Below are positions 60,565 to 64,000 of a stretch of 64,000 nucleotides of DNA, piece after piece (the stretch's first letter is position 1; the number at the start of each line of letters is the position of its first letter). The stretch lies in contig JANRLD010000042.1 in the NCBI GenBank assembly GCA_033762915.1, positions 128,001-192,000 of the forward strand. The letters run 5' to 3'. This DNA is from Meiothermus sp. (GTDB lineage Bacteria > Deinococcota > Deinococci > Deinococcales > Thermaceae). The position numbers and the translations under genes are program-made. The notes beneath the pieces were generated by a model. That model was not told the DNA's origin. It worked only from the letters and a program-made list of their open reading frames with translations, and did no database searches.

Positions 60565-61476
60565 ATGACCATGACCCGCCCTTCTGCCCGCCCAGTACCC
60601 ACCAAGAAAGCCTCGAGGCCCAACACGCTGTGGCTGCTGGGGCCGGCGTTGGCGGTGCTGATCGTCTGGACCCAAATCCCTTTCGTCCTGACTATCTACG
60701 ACTCCTTTCGGCGCTTCAACTTGCTTAACCCCGAGCGCCAGGGCTTCGTGGGATTCGGCAATTTCATCTCCCTCCTGACGGACCATATTTTCTGGACCTC
60801 GATCTGGAACACCCTCGAGCTCGTCGGCCTGGTGCTGTTCTTCACCGTGCTGATCGGGCTCGTTCTGGCGGTGCTGTTCTACCAGGACTTCCCCGGGCGG
60901 GCGCTTGCCCGCACCCTGGTGATTTCCCCCTTCTTCATCATGCCGGTGGTCTCCGCCCTGATCTGGAAGAACATGCTGATGCACCCGGTCTATGGCCTGT
61001 TCGCCTGGATGGCCCAGACCTTCGGGCAAAAGCCGATTGACTGGCTGGCCCAGTTCCCCATGCAGGCCATCGTGATCATGGTGACCTGGCAGTGGATACC
61101 CTTCGCAATGCTCCTGATTCTCACCGGCCTGCAGTCGCTCTCCAGGGAGCAGCTCGAGGCCGCCAAGATAGACGGGGCCAACGCCTGGCAGGAGTTCCGC
61201 TTCATCGTGGTGCCGCACCTGGCCCAGACCCTGAGCGTGGTGGTGATGCTGGAGACCATCTTCCTCCTCACCGTTTTTGCCGAGATATACGCCTCGACCT
61301 CCGGCGGGCCGGGGCTCGAGACCACTACGCTGCCCTACCTGATCTACGTCAAGGCCTTTGGCGAGTACCGCATCGGCGTGGCAGCGGCAGGCGCGGTCTT
61401 CGCGGTCATCCTCGCCAATATCGTGGCGGCTTTTGTGCTGCGGATGATCGGGCGGAATCTGCAGGCGGCGCGGTGA
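60565..61476 (+). CDS. smoF: Polyol ABC transporter permease
   Basis: PFFIMPVVSALIWKN, WQWIPFA, EAAKIDGA, GGPG. Confidence 0.85.
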   Translation: MTMTRPSARPVPTKKASRPNTLWLLGPALAVLIVWTQIPFVLTIYDSFRRFNLLNPERQGFVGFGNFISLLTDHIFWTSIWNTLELVGLVLFFTVLIGLVLAVLFYQDFPGRALARTLVISPFFIMPVVSALIWKNMLMHPVYGLFAWMAQTFGQKPIDWLAQFPMQAIVIMVTWQWIPFAMLLILTGLQSLSREQLEAAKIDGANAWQEFRFIVVPHLAQTLSVVVMLETIFLLTVFAEIYASTSGGPGLETTTLPYLIYVKAFGEYRIGVAAAGAVFAVILANIVAAFVLRMIGRNLQAAR

Positions 61477-61636
61477 GGAGGGCCGACCCTCGAGACGCCT
61501 TAACCGTGGCCCTTTCTGCGGTCTGTGCTCGAGCCTCCCAAAAACCGCCCAACCCCGGGAACCCCGTACCGCACTGGCGAAGCCGCAGGCCCTACGCAAC
61601 ATCTCCCGCGCAAGCATCTGAAGGTGGCCGCAACCC

Positions 61637-62455
61637 ATGACCAAATCCCGACCCCGCTGGGAACTGACCGTGCTGGCCTATCTGGCGGCGGCGGTGATGT
61701 TCTTCCCGATCTTCTGGATGTTCCTCACCGGCTTTAAGAGCGAGGGAGACGCGATTGCGATCCCCCCCAAGCTGGTCTTCACCCCGACTTTTGAGAGCAT
61801 CGCTGAGGCGCTCTCGCGCTCCGATTATGCCGGTCACTTTCTCAACTCGGTGATCTCGGCCGTCGGCTCGACCGCCTTGGCCCTCATCCTGTCCATACCC
61901 GCTGCCTACGCGCTGGCCTTCTACCCCACCCGGCGCACCAACTCCACCCTGCTGTGGATCATCAGCACCAAGATGATGCCGCCGGTCGGGGTCATCATCC
62001 CTGTCTACCTGGTCTTCCGCGACCTGAAGTGGCTGGACAACGTGTGGGCGCTGGCCCTGATGTACGCAGTAATGAATATGCCGGTGGTGGTCTGGACACT
62101 TTACGCCTACTTCCGCGAGATACCGCACGAGATCATGGAGGCGGCCCGGGTGGACGGCGCGAGCGTTGGGCAGGAACTCACCGTCGTGCTGCTGCCGCTC
62201 TCCGGCCCGGCGGTGGCCTCTGCAGCCCTCCTGAGCATCATTTTCGCCTGGAACGAGACCTTTTGGAGCCTCAACCTCACCTCCGCCCAAGCCTCGCCCC
62301 TGTCGGTCTTCGTCTCCTCCTTCAAGACCGCCGAGGGCCTGTTCTGGGCCAAGATGTCCGCCGCCTCGATGATCGCGGTGCTGCCCGTGATGGTGATGGG
62401 CTGGCTGGCCCAGCGGCAGTTGGTGCGCGGGCTGACCTTCGGGGCAATAAAGTAG
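61637..62455 (+). CDS. smoG: Polyol ABC transporter permease
   Basis: STKMMPPVG, EAARVDGA, AWNE, EGLFWAKMSAAS, LVRGLTFGA. Confidence 0.85.
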   Translation: MTKSRPRWELTVLAYLAAAVMFFPIFWMFLTGFKSEGDAIAIPPKLVFTPTFESIAEALSRSDYAGHFLNSVISAVGSTALALILSIPAAYALAFYPTRRTNSTLLWIISTKMMPPVGVIIPVYLVFRDLKWLDNVWALALMYAVMNMPVVVWTLYAYFREIPHEIMEAARVDGASVGQELTVVLLPLSGPAVASAALLSIIFAWNETFWSLNLTSAQASPLSVFVSSFKTAEGLFWAKMSAASMIAVLPVMVMGWLAQRQLVRGLTFGAIK

Positions 62456-62548
62456 AAAGGAGATCGGGAGCAGGGACCAGTGACCGGTGCGCAGTGAAAG
62501 TCCAAGAATTTCTCTGACCCTGATCCCTGAACCCTGTTCCCCGCACCC

Positions 62549-63562
62549 ATGAGAGCAGCCGTTATCACACAGCCGAGAACCCTCGAGACCCAGGAAGTCC
62601 GCACGCCCGAGGCGGGTGCGGGAGAGGTGCGGGTGCGGGTGGAGTCCACCGGGGTCTGCGGGACCGACTTGCACCTCTTCGACGGGCACTTCCACGCCAA
62701 CCTGCCCCTGATTGCTGGGCACGAAATCGCGGGCGTGGTTGACCAAGTGGGCCCGGGCGTCCGCGACCTCCGCGAGGGGCAGCGGGTGGCGCTTGACCCG
62801 GTGATTGCCTGCGGGCAGTGCCGGGCCTGTCGGCGTGGGCAGTCGCAGCACTGCCTGAACTTTCAGGCGCTGGGGGTGACGCGGGCGGGCGGCTTCTCGG
62901 AGTATGTGGTGGCCCCCGCAGCCAACGCCTATGCGGTGAACGGCCTCTCCGGGGCCGAGGCCGCCTTAGCCGAGCCGCTGGGCTGCGTGGCCTGGGGCGT
63001 GCTGCGCACCCGGCCCGAGCTGGGAAGCAGCGCGCTGCTGTTCGGGGCCGGCCCCATCGGGCTGCTCTTGATGCAGGCACTGGCAGCCTCTGGGGTGGCG
63101 GGCGTCACCGTGGTTGACCCGGTGGCCGAGCGGCTGGAACTGGCCCTCGAGCTGGGGGCAAGCCGGGTCATCCAGTCGTCGCCTGGCCTGTCCGAGCAGT
63201 TGCGCGACCTCGAGCCCCACGGTTTTGACGTCGTCACTGAGGCCACGGGTGTTCCCGGCGTGGTCGAGGCCATGCCGCAGTACGCGGCGGTGGGCGGCAA
63301 AATCCTGATTTTCGGTGTCGCGCCTGAGGACGCGAGGGTGCAGATCAGCCCCTACGATCTGTTCCAGCGCGACCTGAGCCTGATCGGCAGCTTCTCCCTC
63401 AACAAAACGATCCCCCAAGCCCTGAGCTGGCTCGAGTCGGGCCGCGTAAGGGTCGGGCCGCTCATCAGCCACCGCCTACCCATTGAGTCGTTGAGCCAGG
63501 CCCTGGAGTACAAACAGCATCCGGGCATGGCGGGAGCGCTCAAGGTGCTGATCGAGCCCTGA
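62549..63562 (+). CDS. Zinc-dependent polyol/alcohol dehydrogenase
   Basis: GVCGTD, GHE, CGQCRAC...C structural Zn site, AEPLGC, GAGPIG. Confidence 0.9.
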   Translation: MRAAVITQPRTLETQEVRTPEAGAGEVRVRVESTGVCGTDLHLFDGHFHANLPLIAGHEIAGVVDQVGPGVRDLREGQRVALDPVIACGQCRACRRGQSQHCLNFQALGVTRAGGFSEYVVAPAANAYAVNGLSGAEAALAEPLGCVAWGVLRTRPELGSSALLFGAGPIGLLLMQALAASGVAGVTVVDPVAERLELALELGASRVIQSSPGLSEQLRDLEPHGFDVVTEATGVPGVVEAMPQYAAVGGKILIFGVAPEDARVQISPYDLFQRDLSLIGSFSLNKTIPQALSWLESGRVRVGPLISHRLPIESLSQALEYKQHPGMAGALKVLIEP

Positions 63563-63844
63563 GCGAGCGCTCAAGCGAAGGTCAGAGGTGGGGAAGGGAG
63601 AGGCGCACGACGCGGGAAGGCGGGGTCTTCCGCCGCCGAAACAACCCCGCAACCCAATCCGCAAAATCGGCGCCATCCCGAGGCCCCAGACCGCGCCGTA
63701 TCCCCAGAAGCCAGGTCACGCGCCTCATCCTTCCGTCGGCTGTCCCTTGCACGCTCCTCGTCCGGCATGAGATCAAAGGCCCAGCCCTTTTGGTGTACAG
63801 TTTGTTAGCTCGAGGAAAATAGAACTCAACTTTAGAGGAGCCTT

Positions 63845-64000
63845 ATGCTGGAACAGTTTAAGCTCGAGAACAAGGTCGCGGTAGTTACGGGCGGGGCGCG
63901 GGGCATCGGCCTGGCGATAGCCACGGCTTTGGCGCAGGCGGGCGCGGCGGTGGTGATCGCCGATCTGAATCCTGACAGCGGCGAGGCCAGCGCCCAGGGG
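63845..64000 (+). CDS. SDR oxidoreductase, N-terminal part (runs off the window)
   Basis: [31 protein letters not shown]...VIAD. Confidence 0.85.
   Translation, partial: MLEQFKLENKVAVVTGGARGIGLAIATALAQAGAAVVIADLNPDSGEASAQG

Overview
High-GC bacterial chromosomal window, most likely Deinococcota/Thermaceae (Meiothermus/Calidithermus-like). This is inferred from the Thermus-like ValRS and SufBCD, frequent leaderless TANNNT-N6-start genes and very dense CTCGAG palindromes. Contents in order: end of a DeoR-family gene; mntR with a Tro-type Mn/Zn/Fe ABC operon; nrnA; sufC-sufB-sufD-cupin-Rieske; a PA14/CBM galactose-oxidase-like lipoprotein; an M23 peptidase; a Rhizobium-type rhamnose ABC/mutarotase/kinase cluster; a C26 glutamine amidotransferase; a two-component system with an ApbE-DUF2271-PepSY_TM flavinylation cluster; DUF3108, TetR, two BTAD-ATPase-TPR regulators, trpC, a SufR-like HTH, DUF2892, ridA; a DUF4132 gene coupled to a small protein ending in GG; GH5, DUF5519, hemolysin III; a valine T-box followed by three paralogous unknown genes and valS; a TetR-ABM-SDR unit; and a LacI-regulated polyol ABC/dehydrogenase operon running off the end. 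Most notable: (1) three uncharacterised paralogues sitting between the Val T-box and valS and translationally coupled to it; (2) a low-GC, PD-(D/E)xK-like in-frame insert inside ValRS; (3) a ubiquitin-like protein paired with DUF4132 with no E1/E2 nearby; (4) an unlisted 40-aa small protein; (5) several modular dispersed repeat families. All family assignments come from motif recognition by eye, not database searches.
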